This document shows, in pieces, positions 49,034 to 61,700 of a stretch of 64,000 nt of DNA. Within the stretch, counting starts at the first letter, position 1, and each line of letters opens with the position of its first letter. Made by a program: the position numbers and the translations under genes. The notes under the pieces were generated by a model. That model had not been told where the DNA came from. It worked only from the letters and a program-made list of their open reading frames with translations, and ran no database searches. Origin of the DNA: Octopus sinensis (taxonomy: Eukaryota); assembly GCF_006345805.1 (NCBI RefSeq), contig NC_043011.1:55316464-55380463 (forward strand), given 5' to 3'.

Positions 49034-49083
49034 GGTGGTGGTGGTGGTGATGATGATGATGATGATGGTGATGATGGTGATGG

Positions 49084-49154
<71 letters not shown>

Positions 49155-49161
49155 GTGATGG

Positions 49162-49253
<92 letters not shown>

Positions 49254-49700
49254 GCTCCCATTCAGTTGAGGGTAATGTTAGTCTTACAAGTTACATAGCA
49301 ACCTCATTAGGAGGACTGGTGCCACAAAAATGGATCCGAGGCACGGCACACTCTGTAAAGCGGTTAGACATTCGGAAGGACATCCAGCAGCCGCAGAAAC
49401 TTATGTCAACGTAAACACTGGAGAACGATGCAGTCTGGAATGATGCAGTTGGAGGAATGCATGCTCCAACTCCTTCACTGAACCATCCAAGCTGTGCCAG
49501 CATGGAAGACAGATGGTGGATGATGATGATGATGATGATGATGATGGTGATGATGATGGTGGTGGTGATGATGATGATGATGGTTATGGTGATGATGATG
49601 ATGATGGTGGTGGTGATGATGATGATGATGACAAGTGAAGAGGAGGGGGAGACGGGGAGGGGGAAGAAGTGGTGGTGGTGGTGGTGTGGTGAGGGAGGAG
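48958..49700. repeat. Long (GAT/GGT)n arrays flanking a degenerate family-A-like fragment (49340-49520)
   Basis: Direct inspection; the arrays follow CATGGAAGAC/AAGACATCAAA tips, as expected for expanded RTE tails. Confidence 0.85.
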
Positions 49701-50144
49701 GAGGGGGAGGAGGAGGATATTTCCTTCTTCAACCCCCTTATGATGAAAACCATGTCAGTCATTCCAACAACATAAAAAAAAAAAACAATGTTTCTAGTAG
49801 ATTGGTCTGATTCTTTCCCCGTGAGAATAATTAAAGAGTAAAGAAATGCTGAATCTAGCCATTCCAGAAGTGAAATTCATTACATAGTTTCAATAATTTC
49901 AATAATTTTATTGATCAAATTCTTTCACTGTATATTCCCACGCGACCAATAACAATGAGTGTTTATTAACATCAAATTAAATAAATTACTTCATTGCTAA
50001 ATTAAAATTTTTTTTTTGTTTTGTTTTTTTGCCTTCATACTCGTATTTTTATAAACTTCATCACACCATTGAGAATTGAACTTCCTTCTTCTGCTCCAGT
50101 TGATCTTCATTAATTAGTCCACACAATGCATTCGTTAAGTACTT

Positions 50145-50622
50145 TTAACCCTTTCGTTACTGTATGTATTTTGAGATGCTCTGTGTTTCTTTCAGTTACT
50201 TTAATTATAACAAAGAATTTAGTAAAATAACTTAGTCATCTTTCAGCTAGTGTTAGGAACATAAATTGTGACTAATGTTTGGTGGAAGATTTTAATTGAA
50301 AACTTATGAAAACAAGACATTTGTACTCAGAGCCTGAGGCGGTTTCAGCCAGATTGTTATCTAAAGGGTTAAGAATTGTCTCTCTGTTATATATTTTAAC
50401 CCTTTTACCATATTTCTGTTGAGATGCTCTGTGTTTCTGTCAATTAATTTTAAATGTAAGTAAGAATTTAGTAAACTAACTTAATTATCATTAACCAAGT
50501 GTTAGGAACATTAATTGTGACTGAGGTTTAGTGGAAGATTTTGATTCAAAACTTATGGAAACAAGACATTTGTACTACAGAGCCAGATCCGGTTTCAGCT
50601 GGGTTGGCAACGAAAGGGTTAA
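50145..50622. mobile_element. piggyBac-type MITE family I, composite dimer (a degenerate third unit extends to about 50770)
   Basis: Two TTAACCCT...AGGGTTAA units (50145-50372, 50396-50622). Confidence 0.8.
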
Positions 50623-50819
50623 CCATGTTTGTTGCCATATTTCTGTTGAAATACCCTACCTTAGCTTCAATCCATTTTGGAAATAATGAAAAGTTTAGTA
50701 AAATAACTTTATCGTTATTAAGCTGGCATTTGCAACATAAATTAACTTTGAAGTTTTGATACAGGTTTTTAATTCAGATTTCATTTTTAGAACAAAGGGC
50801 AGTTTTGGAAGGGTTGGTA

Positions 50820-51180
50820 TACGACATGGTTCTGGGTTCAGTCCCACTGTGTGGCACCTTGGGCAAGTGTCTTCTACTATAGTCTCGGGTCAACCAAAGC
50901 CTTGTGAGTGGATTTGATAGATGGAAACTGAAAGAAGCCTGTCATATATATGTATAATATATATGTATGTGTGTGTGTGTATATGTTTGTGTGTCTGTGT
51001 TTGTACCCGCCAACATCGCTTGACAACCGATGCTGGTGTGTTTACGCCCCCGTAACTTAGCGGCTCGGCAAAAGAGACCAATAGAATAAGTACTAGGCTT
51101 ACAAAGAATAATTCCTGGGGTCAACTAAATGCAGTACTCCAGCATGGCCACAGTCAAATGACTAAAACAAATAAAAGAGT
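50820..51180 (+). mobile_element. SINE family C copy
   Basis: Collinear with the other C copies. Confidence 0.8.
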
Positions 51181-51995
51181 AATTGCTTTTGTCTAAGAAT
51201 AAGCCTTTGTTTCCATCTAATCCTTAATCAACTTGTACATTTTGATGATGTGATAGTAAATTTTCAAAATGATATTGTAGGGTGAGTGTGAGAGGCAGAA
51301 TCTGGCCAGTATGAACATAAGATAGTAGAATATTCGGACTGGATTAAATGCTAAGCGGGTAAAAAAACATCTGTAGAACCAAAGGAGAAAGAATGAATAT
51401 TTGTCAGAAAAAAAGGGTTATGGATTTTGCCAATTTATTCTACAATTAAAAGTGAATGTTAATTCTATGATACTTGACGGACATCCTTAAAAGGTAAAAT
51501 TCTTCCTCTCCACATTAATCATAACGATGATAGGTTTGTTATATAAAAGAGTAAGCATTTTTTGAAAGAAAACTGTAAAATATAACGTTTTCTTTCTTAA
51601 TGCAAGAACAAATAATTAATATTAGGAAGAACAGAAATCTAAAATTGGAAATTCAATAGATTTCCTCTTGTAGTTTGTATAATAATCAACAATTCCTCCA
51701 TCTTGTCAAGTAGACACAACGAAACACTTATCTCTTCTTTTAGTTCAAACATATTTTCGTGAAACACTTTGTTACTTTTGACAGCAATTAAAATGAAATA
51801 TTGAAATAAAATGAATTCATATTTTTAATTTTATCTTTTATTTATGTTCATAAATACTACATGACAAATTAAATTTCTATGTATGCTATTATGAATTATA
51901 TTTAAATGAAACATAACTATAGATTAAATAATAAAATGTTCCTGTCATACTTTTAAATATATATATCTATAAATACTTACATGCATGCATGCATG

Positions 51996-52029
<34 letters not shown>

Positions 52030-52206
52030 TGTATGTATGTATGTATGTATGTATGTATGTATGTATGCATGCATGCATGTATGTATTTATGAATGTATGT
52101 ATTTGTGTGTATATAGTATATACATGTGTACATAAATATTTTTAAATATATCCGATTAATGATTTCAACTAAAAGAATTCATATTTTATTTTCAAAAATT
52201 TCATCC

Positions 52207-52394
52207 TGAGCCGGTGGCACATAAAGAGCACCCACTACACTCACGGAATGGTTGGCGTTAGGAAGGGCATCCAGCTGTAGAAACACTGCCAGATCAGACT
52301 GGAGCCTGGTGCAGCCTTCTGGCTTCCCAGACCCCAGTCAAACCATCCAACTCATGCCAGCATGGAAAACGGACATTAAACGATGATGATGATT
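52207..52394 (+). mobile_element. RTE 3' UTR tip (family A)
   Basis: Ends GGACATTAAACGATGATGAT. Confidence 0.8.
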
Positions 52395-52614
52395 GAAGCA
52401 GTAGATTGCTGGAATCATTGAAGCAATGGCCCAAAGGCTGTCACCATACAGTATAGATTGCAGCTCTTTGTCACAGAACTCACCAAATAATGATTCCTCC
52501 CTCCCAAAGTTGAATAAGTAATCTTGATTTATGGCTGGAATTTATTATATTAGTTCCAGGGCAGATGGATGGCAAAAAAAAAAAAACACACCAGTAGGGT
52601 TTGAACTGAAACCA

Positions 52615-52835
52615 TCTTCATCATCATTTTAACGTCCACTTTTCCATGCTGGCATGGATCAGATGGAATTTGATCAGATGAGTTTTCTATGATCAGATAC
52701 CCTTCCCGTTGCCAACCCTTATCTGTTTTCAAGCTAGGTAATACTTCCCTGGGGCCAAAAGGGTTTAATACTAGAAACAAATGACATTGCTTATATGACA
52801 GCGACACTCATTTACAGCCATCATGTGACATCAAG
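52615..52835 (-). mobile_element. Family A2 repeat (shares the RTE terminal CATGGAAAAGTGGACGTTAAAATGATG, different body)
   Basis: Related to 56720-56880 and 62700-62935. Confidence 0.6.
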
Positions 52836-52839
52836 ACAA

Positions 52840-53330
52840 AGAGACACAAACACACACATATATGATGGGTTTCTTTCAGTTTCCTTCTAATAAATCCACT
52901 CACAAGGTTTTGGTTGGTCCAGAGCTATAGTAGAAGACACATGCTTAAGGTGCCATGCAGTGGGAGTGGAGGCACATGGCCTAGTGGTTAGAGCAGCGGA
53001 CCTCGCGGTCGAGGGATCGCGGGTTCGAATCTCAGGCCGGGCGATGTGTGTGTTTATGAGTGAAACATGTAAGCCCCAAGCGGCTCCGGCAGAAGGTAAT
53101 GGCGAACTTATGCTGACTCTTTCACCACAACTTTCTCTCACTCTTTCTTCCTGCATCTTGCAGCTCACCTGCGACGGACCGGCGTCCCATCCAGGTGGGG
53201 AACCTATACGCCAAAGAAACAGGGAAACCGTCCCTTATGAGCCAGGCGTGGCTCGAGAAGGATAAAAAAAAACATGCAGTGGGACTGAACCTGCAACCAA
53301 GCAAACGTCTCAACCACTCAGCCATGCAAA
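52840..53330 (-). mobile_element. SINE family C interrupted by a SINE E insertion
   Basis: C sequence resumes after 53272. Confidence 0.75.
52966..53272 (+). mobile_element. SINE family E with 12-bp TSD CATGCAGTGGGA and an A-rich tail
   Basis: TSD at 52954-52965 and 53273-53284. Confidence 0.9.
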
Positions 53331-54520
53331 CACTTTTGAATAGAGGAAGCTATTTACTCTGACATCCAAACATTTCTGCTATTCCACAACACAATCAATA
53401 ATCACCTTAAACAACATGGCACAAGCTTTAGTCTGTGACATGACTTAACCGTAAAAATACAATCACAAATGATAGAATGTGAAATGAAAAAATTAGACTT
53501 TGAGGACAAACAACGGAAGACATTACTTGTAAACAGAAAAGGTTAACAGTTCTGATCAATGTTTGCTAACCTGGCTGGCAGTTGTGCTGGTGTCGGAGCG
53601 ACTACATTTACAATGAACAGAAATAGAACAAATAATACACACACACACACACACATGCATGAGTAACTCTACTTGCGTATAGGAAAAAATAAATCTTTCC
53701 ATACTACATCATGCACTAATCATTCCTATTTTAGCTGTAAAACATTCTGCTTTTAACTCTAGCTAACAAGCTTGGCAGATGAAACACAAGACTGCATGCA
53801 AACATTAGCTATTTATGGACATCGCTGAATGCTGAAAATGTTCAACCCTCTTGGATGATTTTTAAATTGCAAGATATCTCAAGCGATAAATTTTAATCCC
53901 TTTTTAACCAACAGCATTAACCCTTTCGTGACCATATTGCTAATGAGATATGCTAAGACATCTAATTAATTTTGAAATTAATCAATAATTAGAAAGGGTT
54001 TATTAAAGTAACAAACTTAATCATAATTTAACTGATGTTTGTAACATAATTTAAGAAAAGCTTCTTGCATAAAAATTCTGGTGAAAGGTTTCAATTTGAA
54101 TATGAACACTTGAAAATAAGAGGGTTCGTATGCATTGCAGTCACGGGTGGTTCCAGGTGAATTGGTAGTGAAAGGGTGGACAGATGTTGTGAAAGAAGTT
54201 GTTCTTGTTCTTGATGTCTTCCTTATTGCAGCTTCTTTTGCAAGAAATCAAAAGCTGTTCTCGGCCCAGAACAGTCATAAATATTTTTAAATATTTTTCT
54301 CCTCATTTAAATCAAGAACCATTTCGATAACAGGGAATGTTAAAATCAAGATCACAGAAAGACAAAAAATGACAGAGTTGTAGTTTGGGGGGTGGGGGGG
54401 TAAATGTAATTGTTGTTGTTGGTTAACCCCAGGTCAAACATCATTAAGCAGACTTATGGTCAAAGCAGTCCACACTTGATCACAACAACTCACTTTTTGG
54501 GATGTTTTTTACAACATACA

Positions 54521-54862
54521 GATCGTTGCCAGAGCGGCTATCTGGCCTCCGTGCCGGTGGCATGTAAGAGGCACCATTCGAGCGGGATCGTTACCAGCAT
54601 CGCCTTACTGGCACCTGTGCCGGTGGCATGTGTAAAAGATTTGAGCAAGGTCGTTGCCAGTGCCGCCTGACTGGCCCCATGGCACATAAAAGCACCCACT
54701 ACACTCTCGGAGTGGTTGGCATTAGGAAATGCATCCAGCTGTAGAAACTTTGCCAGATCAAGATTGGAGCCTGGTGCAGCCATCTGGTTCACCAGCCCTC
54801 AGTCATTCGTCCAACCCATGCTAGCATGGAAAGTGGATGTTAAACAATGATGATGATGATGA
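54521..54862 (+). mobile_element. RTE 3' UTR fragment (family A)
   Basis: Collinear with 27940-28304. Confidence 0.8.
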
Positions 54863-55179
54863 CTGTATATGGCACTACAATATCCAATGTGTCCTACCAT
54901 TTAAAACAACAGAGTGTGATTTGAGTGTAATTTGGCTGCTATTTCAGTTCAATTTGGCTCCCACTTTCGTTTGTGTTACAGCTGGTTGAAGCAATAGAAC
55001 TGGATTACAATCTAAAAGGCCATTGATTAATATCCTGTGTGTCACCAGCACTGTATCCTGGCAACAGTACTGTATCCATGGCAACAGCACTCAACTTGCA
55101 TTGAACCAGTCCACTCATCTACAAACAGGTCCCATCATGAGACAATACAATTTGACACAATAAAGTGCAACAGTAGGTC

Positions 55180-55442
55180 ATCATCGTTTAACATCCGTTT
55201 TCCCTGCTAGCATGGGTTGGACGATTTTGACTGAGGGCTGGCAAACCAGATGGCTGCACCAGGCTCCAATCTTGATCTGGCAGAGTTTCTACAGCTGGAT
55301 GCCCTTCCTAATGCCAACCACTCCGAGAGTGTAGTGGGTGCTTTTTACATGCCACCAGCACGGGGGCCAGTCAGGCATTACTGGCGATGACTTCGCTCGA
55401 ATCTTTTTACACATGCCACCGGCACAGGTGCCAGTGAAGCAA
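55180..55442 (-). mobile_element. RTE 3' UTR fragment (family A)
   Basis: Reverse complement of the same subfamily. Confidence 0.8.
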
Positions 55443-55519
55443 CAATGGAAACGAGCGACGGTGCAATTAATAAAATTTAACAAAAATTATGTTAGCATGG
55501 AGGTCCTCGATACAATGCT

Positions 55520-55933
55520 GTCAGCCTGTAGAGTTATGACTCAGAAACCTGGACGTTATCAAAGAAGCTTGAGAGGCTGTTGGATGGAACTTACACTCGC
55601 CTCCTTATGAAAGCTCAAAATCTCTCGTGGAAGCATCATCCAACCAAAGTACAAATATATGGGAAACTACCACCTGTATCATCTTTTGTGAAAGGTAGAA
55701 GAGTCCAGTTTGCTGGACATTGTTGTAGAGCTGAAGACGAGGTAATTTCTACTCTTCTCCTCTGGAAGCCATTGGCTCGCGATACCAGAGGGCGCACACT
55801 CTCCTACCCTGATGTAATCTCCAGGGATACAGGCATCCAGCAACAGGACCTCCGTAATGCTACGATGGACCGTGAAGTCTGGCGTAACATAGTAAATTCC
55901 ATTGTTTCGACCACGGTCGAACAATGATGATGA
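55520..55933 (+). mobile_element. 3' end of a second RTE/RTE-X-like LINE with a short (TGA)n tail
   Basis: YDSETWTLSKKLERLLDGTYTRLLMKAQNLSWKHHPTK...RRVQFAGHCCR...LLLWKP...RGRTLSYPDVISRDTG; the stop is followed by TGATGAG. Confidence 0.85.
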
Positions 55934-58324
55934 GAGTTATGACAGGCACAACAAACCCATGCATCGTGGTGCAACATGTAGAAACCATTAACTTTGATGT
56001 CTAAGAACAAGACTCTCAAATTCCACATGTTCACTTCATCCATGTTAGCAAACACTGATCAGAACTGTCAACCTTTTCTCTTTACAAGTAATGTCTTCTG
56101 TGTTTGTCATTTTTTTTTTTTTTTTTTCATTTAACATTCTATCATTTGTGATTGTATCTTTATGTAGAGTCAAGTGATGCTCCAAACCAAAACCTGTGCC
56201 ATGTTGTTTGGGGGTAATTATTGGTTCAGTAATGGAGAGGCAGAAATGAGAGAATGTCAGACTAAATAATAATAAGAAGAAGAATAGTAATAATAATTAT
56301 CATCATCATCATCACCATCACAGAGTGTGTAGTTAAGAAATTTGCATCCTAACCCTGCAGTTTCAGGTTCAATCCTATTGTTTGGCACCTTGGGCAAGTG
56401 TTTTCTCCTATAGCCCCAGGTCAACCAAAGGCTCGCAAGTGGATTTGATAGATGGAAAACTGAAAGAAGCCTATTGTGTATGAGAGAGAGAGAGAGAGGA
56501 GGAGACAGAGAGAGAGAGAGAGAAAATTTCTTTATTTACCATAAGGTTGAGAAAAAGAGGGGACGATACGAGGACAGACAAAACAAACATTGGGGTCAGG
56601 GTATCGAATGAGACGAAATGTATGAATAAACAAACAAAATATATACAATTAAATGAGAATGAGTGATTTACAGAGAGAGAGAGAGAAAGAGTGCCCTTGT
56701 TTTGACATCATTGATGGTTATAAACAAGCATCATCATGCAAGTGATGTTGTTCGTTTCCAGGAGTCTCCCGAGGGATATTACCTTGCATGGAAACAGGTG
56801 GTGAGGATTGGTGAGAGGAAGAGCAACAAAACTGTACAAAATTACCCCAGAAAATCTGTCCATGTTGGGATGGAAAAGCTTCGAAATGGAGGAAGTTGGA
56901 GGGAAGGAGGGCGACGGGAGAGGAGATGGCGTAGAAGGAGGGTGGGGAGAATGAGGAGGAGTGGTGTTGATTTGATGACCCTTCGGGCTTTTCTAAAGGG
57001 ATCCTGACATTTACAGTCAACAAGAGCACTTTGTCAGATCTGTGAAGTTTAAGAAGAAAGATTATTTTTGAAGATATAAAAACTAGTCATAAACCACAGA
57101 ACGAATTCTTCCCACACAACACGGAGAATGTTAAATAAACAACAAAAAAAAAAGAAAAAGAAAAAAAAGAAAAGCATCAAGCGACGAAAGTTAAGAGACT
57201 TTTAGCCTCAAATTGAAACATTTTGGCAGCCAGCAGCACTCAACGGTGTTATCAGCCATGGTGGACATAACACAACTGGTAAGGGGGGGGGGGCAGGAAT
57301 CTTCCTCGTATCATTCCCGCAAACTCCCCACCCATCCACTTTCCATATTCACTGGCAAAGGAAGAAGAGAAAGATATATGAAAAAAATAGTTATCTGTAA
57401 AATCCAGCTGGTTGTAGCTAAGCTTACTTAGTAAACAGCTTGGACTGACGACGATGTAAATGGCGGAGGAGAGAGAAGAGAGAGGAGAATAAAAAGATGG
57501 TTAAGAAAAAGGCGGGAGAAAGAAAGAGAGAAGACAGAAGTAGGAAATGACTAATAAAGCCTTCTGTATTAGCATTAATGCTAAAAGCGGGAAGTACAAT
57601 ATTTGGAGAGTAACTGTCAATGAAACTATTTAATTCTAATTTCATAAAATCAATTACAAAAGAAAATACTTCATATTGGGCAACAAGTACAGACACAAAC
57701 TACATACAGAAGAAAATGGCTGATGTGTATACGACGCACATTCAATCCTGTGCCAATGGTGTGTTTGTAGTTGACTGTGTAAGAAATGTGTGCGTTTCAG
57801 AGATGTTTTATGAATGAACAATTATGCAAACTAAAAGATTCGTTGCCAAAGATAACAAAACTGCAGAGACTTTAAGTAAATATTATTTTTTAAAAAAGAA
57901 ATATGGTGAGATATGTCCAACTCAATATCTATTGACGATTCATCAGAGAAGTATGGCAAGTAGATTTGTTCTGAAGATAAACCATTCTTTGAACGAACCT
58001 ACAAGTTCTTACTTGACTAAGTATATAGGAAAACCAACAGAAGGCAAACTTGTGTGTGCTGAGTAAAGATCTAAACAGGAATAGCAACAAGGCTGAGTCA
58101 GTAGAAAGGTTAAAGAGAGATTGTGTAGCAGATACAGTAGGAAAATGTTTGAAAATGTACGACTGAAATCCTATTTTCTCCATTGATGTCAGTTAAAGAG
58201 ATGCTGAAATATTGCTCAGTCAAGACTCCTGAATTTCAAAGGTGACACTTCTAAGAGATTACACCAGCTTTATAGCTGAGAATTCCAAATGATTACCTGT
58301 TTGCTAGTTTGGAATAATTACATG

Positions 58325-58733
58325 GGATCTTTTCGGTTTGACCGGCAGTTTTTTAAAATAATTTCCACGTAACTAAACACTTTTAAACTTCGTATACTGG
58401 TAGAATGTGTTTATAAAACATCTTTTTCTCTTGGCTTTATTGAGAAAATTCTATAATTTGTAAGATATTTGTTGTTTTTTTCTTCGATTTCTGCAATTTC
58501 AACCAATCAATGACGTCTATTGAGGTGAAAACATTCTGTGCCGTATGAATATGTCCCTCGTTTAAGAAACAGATTGGGTTTATTTACATTTCTGAAGAAA
58601 AAAAGAAACCCTTCCCCTCATCTCTAACCCTAAACCAGATTGAAATGCAATGGATCGATACTAGGGTCATAATTATGGGTGACAATTTCATATGACACCG
58701 CTAGAAAAACTGCCGGTCAAACTGAAAAGATCT
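58325..58733. mobile_element. MITE family N copy
   Basis: Collinear with 37046-37464; TIRs present. Confidence 0.9.
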
Positions 58734-60137
58734 ACAGTTTGGAATAATTACATGTTCCATAGTTTTCCCATTTCATAATGCACCGTTCTTTTATTATTGT
58801 CACCATTAAATCCAACTTACTCAGACTGCTTCAGAATTTAAACTACTCATATAAGTTGCGACTGTATTTAAAACTCCAATGCTTCTCTGATTCAAAATGT
58901 TGTGTGTGGTGGTCAAACCAAGCTGTATTAAATGAAATGAAAGTTATAAATATCATAAGCAATTTAGAAATGCCATTATCAGTTTTTGTTTTATTTCAGT
59001 AATCATAATTTTCAAATTTTTTCAATCAATTTCATTTGCTTTTACATGCTTTTTCTTTGTGTCAACCTCTAGATGTAAAATTGCAAAAAATTAACACCAA
59101 TTAAAAATAAATAAAAATCCTCATTATTGGTTTTAATATCTGCTTTCCGTTTTCCATTCTGGCATCAGTTGGATAGACTAACAAAGCACAAACCTCAACC
59201 CCAACATTTGTAGCCCTTGTGTGGGGCCCTTTGCTGACTATCAACACATTTGGAGTTATTTTCAATGATATTATTATTATTATTTTACCTGGGGCTTCTG
59301 CTTGTAGGTTTTATAACTGTGTGCCATCCCTGTTACCAGTTACTATAGCAGTACAAGAATTAGAAGAAAGTACAGAATTCTTGCATAGGCTCAAGGCTAC
59401 AAAACGGGGTGGGGGTGGGGTGGGGTGAATATATAAACCCAAATACTATTTTATTGTACCAGGAAGGATGAAAGATAAAGTCAGCCTTAGTAGGAACTGA
59501 ACTCAGGACATAAAGGACTAGGAATAAATACCACAAGGCACTTTGTTTGATGCGTTATTGTTTCAACCAGTCCCCAAATATTAACAGTAAGAATTGATTA
59601 ACAAATCTTGCTAGGATATGACAACAAACCAAAAATAAATAATAAGATTTCATAAGGTAGGAAGCTACATGGTCTACTGAAAAAGGTGGAGTGCTTTCAT
59701 GGCGAAGATTTCTATGATGAAATATTTCCAAAGACAATCCAACATTTCCAGCCTTTCAGAGAAAATAAACAGCAACAGAATTAAGACAATATTTTATATT
59801 GTCATCACTGTATGACATGCTTTGTTCATTGAGTGGTAACCTGATAGAGATGACCCAATAACACCAACACCACCACCACCATTTGATCGGCATTGTTACT
59901 ATGACAACTTCAGCTCTGTTGGGAGAATACTGTCCAAGAATTCAAATCTTCTTAGATGCGGCTCTTCCTTTGGAGATATTTGAGGTACAACGTTGGTCAC
60001 AAAATTCAGGAGAGCGTTAAGATGTACATCTATGAACTCAATAGTTATAGACCTAAGCACATCTAAACTAAATACTTTTATCATGGGAACATTGCTTGTT
60101 GCCTTTCAAATATCAAAACCTCTTTGAAATAGTCAAT

Positions 60138-61051
60138 CATCATCATCATCATCGTTTAACGTACGCTTTCCATGCTAGCATGGGTTGGACGGTTCAACTG
60201 GGGTCTGGGGAGCCCGAAGGCTGCACCAGGCCAGTCAGATCTGGCAGAGTTTCTACAGCTGGATGCCCTTCCTAACGCCAACCACTCTGAGAGTGTAGTG
60301 GGTGATTTTATGTGCCACCGACACAGGTGCCAGACGAGGCTGGCGAACGGCCATGATCGGATGGTGTTTGTTACGTGCCCACAGCACGAGGCCAGTCGAT
60401 GCGGTACTGGCTACGGCCACGTTTGGATGGTTTTCTTATGTGCCACCGGCACTGGTACCACAAAGATACAAATTCCATTGATGTTCATCTATTTTGATTT
60501 GGTTTTTGGTTTTTGGTTTTCACTTGCCTCAACAGGTCTTCACAAGTGTCACAAGAAGGAAGGTATGCACAGGTGGACTGACTACGTCCCAGGTAGGGGC
60601 CACGGGTTATGGCCTCACTAGTCTTGCCGGGTCTTCTCACGCACAGCATACTTCCATAGGTCTCGGTCTCTAGTCATTTCCTTGGTGAGACCTAATGTTC
60701 GAAGGTCGTGCTTCACCACCTCGTCCCAGGTTTTCCTGGGTCTACCTCTTCCACAGGTTCCCTCAACTGCTAGGGTGTAGCACTTTTGCACACAACTATC
60801 TTCAGCCATTCTCGTCACATGACCATACCAGCGCAGCCGTCTCTCTTGCACACCACAACTGATGCTTCTTAGGTTCAACTTTTCTCTCAAGGTACTTACA
60901 CTCTGTCGATTATGAACACTGACATTACACATCCATCGGAGCATACTGGCTTCATTTCTTGTGAGCTTACGCATATCCTCAGCAGTCACGGCCCATGTTT
61001 CACTACCATGTAGCATGGCTGTACGTACACATGCATCATACAGTCTGCCTT
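60138..61051 (-). mobile_element. 5'-truncated RTE LINE: intact ORF2 C-terminal frame (60618-61051), ~480-bp 3' UTR and (GAT)n tail
   Basis: GRLYDACVRTAMLHGSETWAV...RRLRWYGHVTRM...GRGRPRKTWDEVVKHDL, typical of the RTE C-terminus. Confidence 0.92.
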
Positions 61052-61126
61052 GGGCATAAACCAAATATTTCTACCAGACTTAAAATAGCATCACTTTGAA
61101 CAAAATTTTAAAAAGTCATTCTACAA

Positions 61127-61700
61127 TCATCATCATATAACGTCTGCTTTCCATGCTAGCATGGATTGGATGTATGACTGAGGGCTAGCGAACCAGATGG
61201 CTGCACGAGGCTTCAATCTTGATCTGGCAGAGTTTCTACAGCTGGATGCCCTTCCTAACGCCAGCCACCCCGAGAGTGTAGTGGGTGCTTTTACATGCCA
61301 CCAGCACAAGGCCAGTCAGGTGGCACTGGCAATGACCTCGCTCGAATCTTTTACACATGCCACCGGCATGGTGCCAGTAAGGCGATGCGGTAACGATCAC
61401 GCTCGAATGGTGTCTTTTACGTGCCACCGGCACGGAGGCCAGATAGTCGCTCTGGCAATAATCACGCTCGGATGGTGCTCTTAATACCCTACTAGCATGG
61501 GGCTCGAGTGCCAGTAAGGCGACGCTGGTAACAATCACGCTCGAATGGTGCCTTTTAAGTGCCACTGGCACGGAAGCCAGTTAGCCACTCTGTCAATGAT
61601 CAAACTTGTATGGTGCTCTGTGCACCCCGCTAGCACGGACGCCAGTCATCAAATATGATTTTTGATTTCACTTGCCTCAACAGGTCTTCGCAAGCAGAGT
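61127..61700 (-). mobile_element. RTE 3' UTR fragment (family A) with many internal modules
   Basis: Starts at TCACTTGCCTCAACAGGTCTT as in 60520-60545; repeated CACGCTCG(A/G)ATGGTG modules. Confidence 0.8.

Noticed and set aside
48914-49810. Poly-D/M/I/H ORFs
   Set aside because: (GAT/GGT)n array translations.
59899-60084. Protein-like 61-aa ORF (MIKVFSLDVLRS...)
   Set aside because: No splice signals or family motifs I can recognise.
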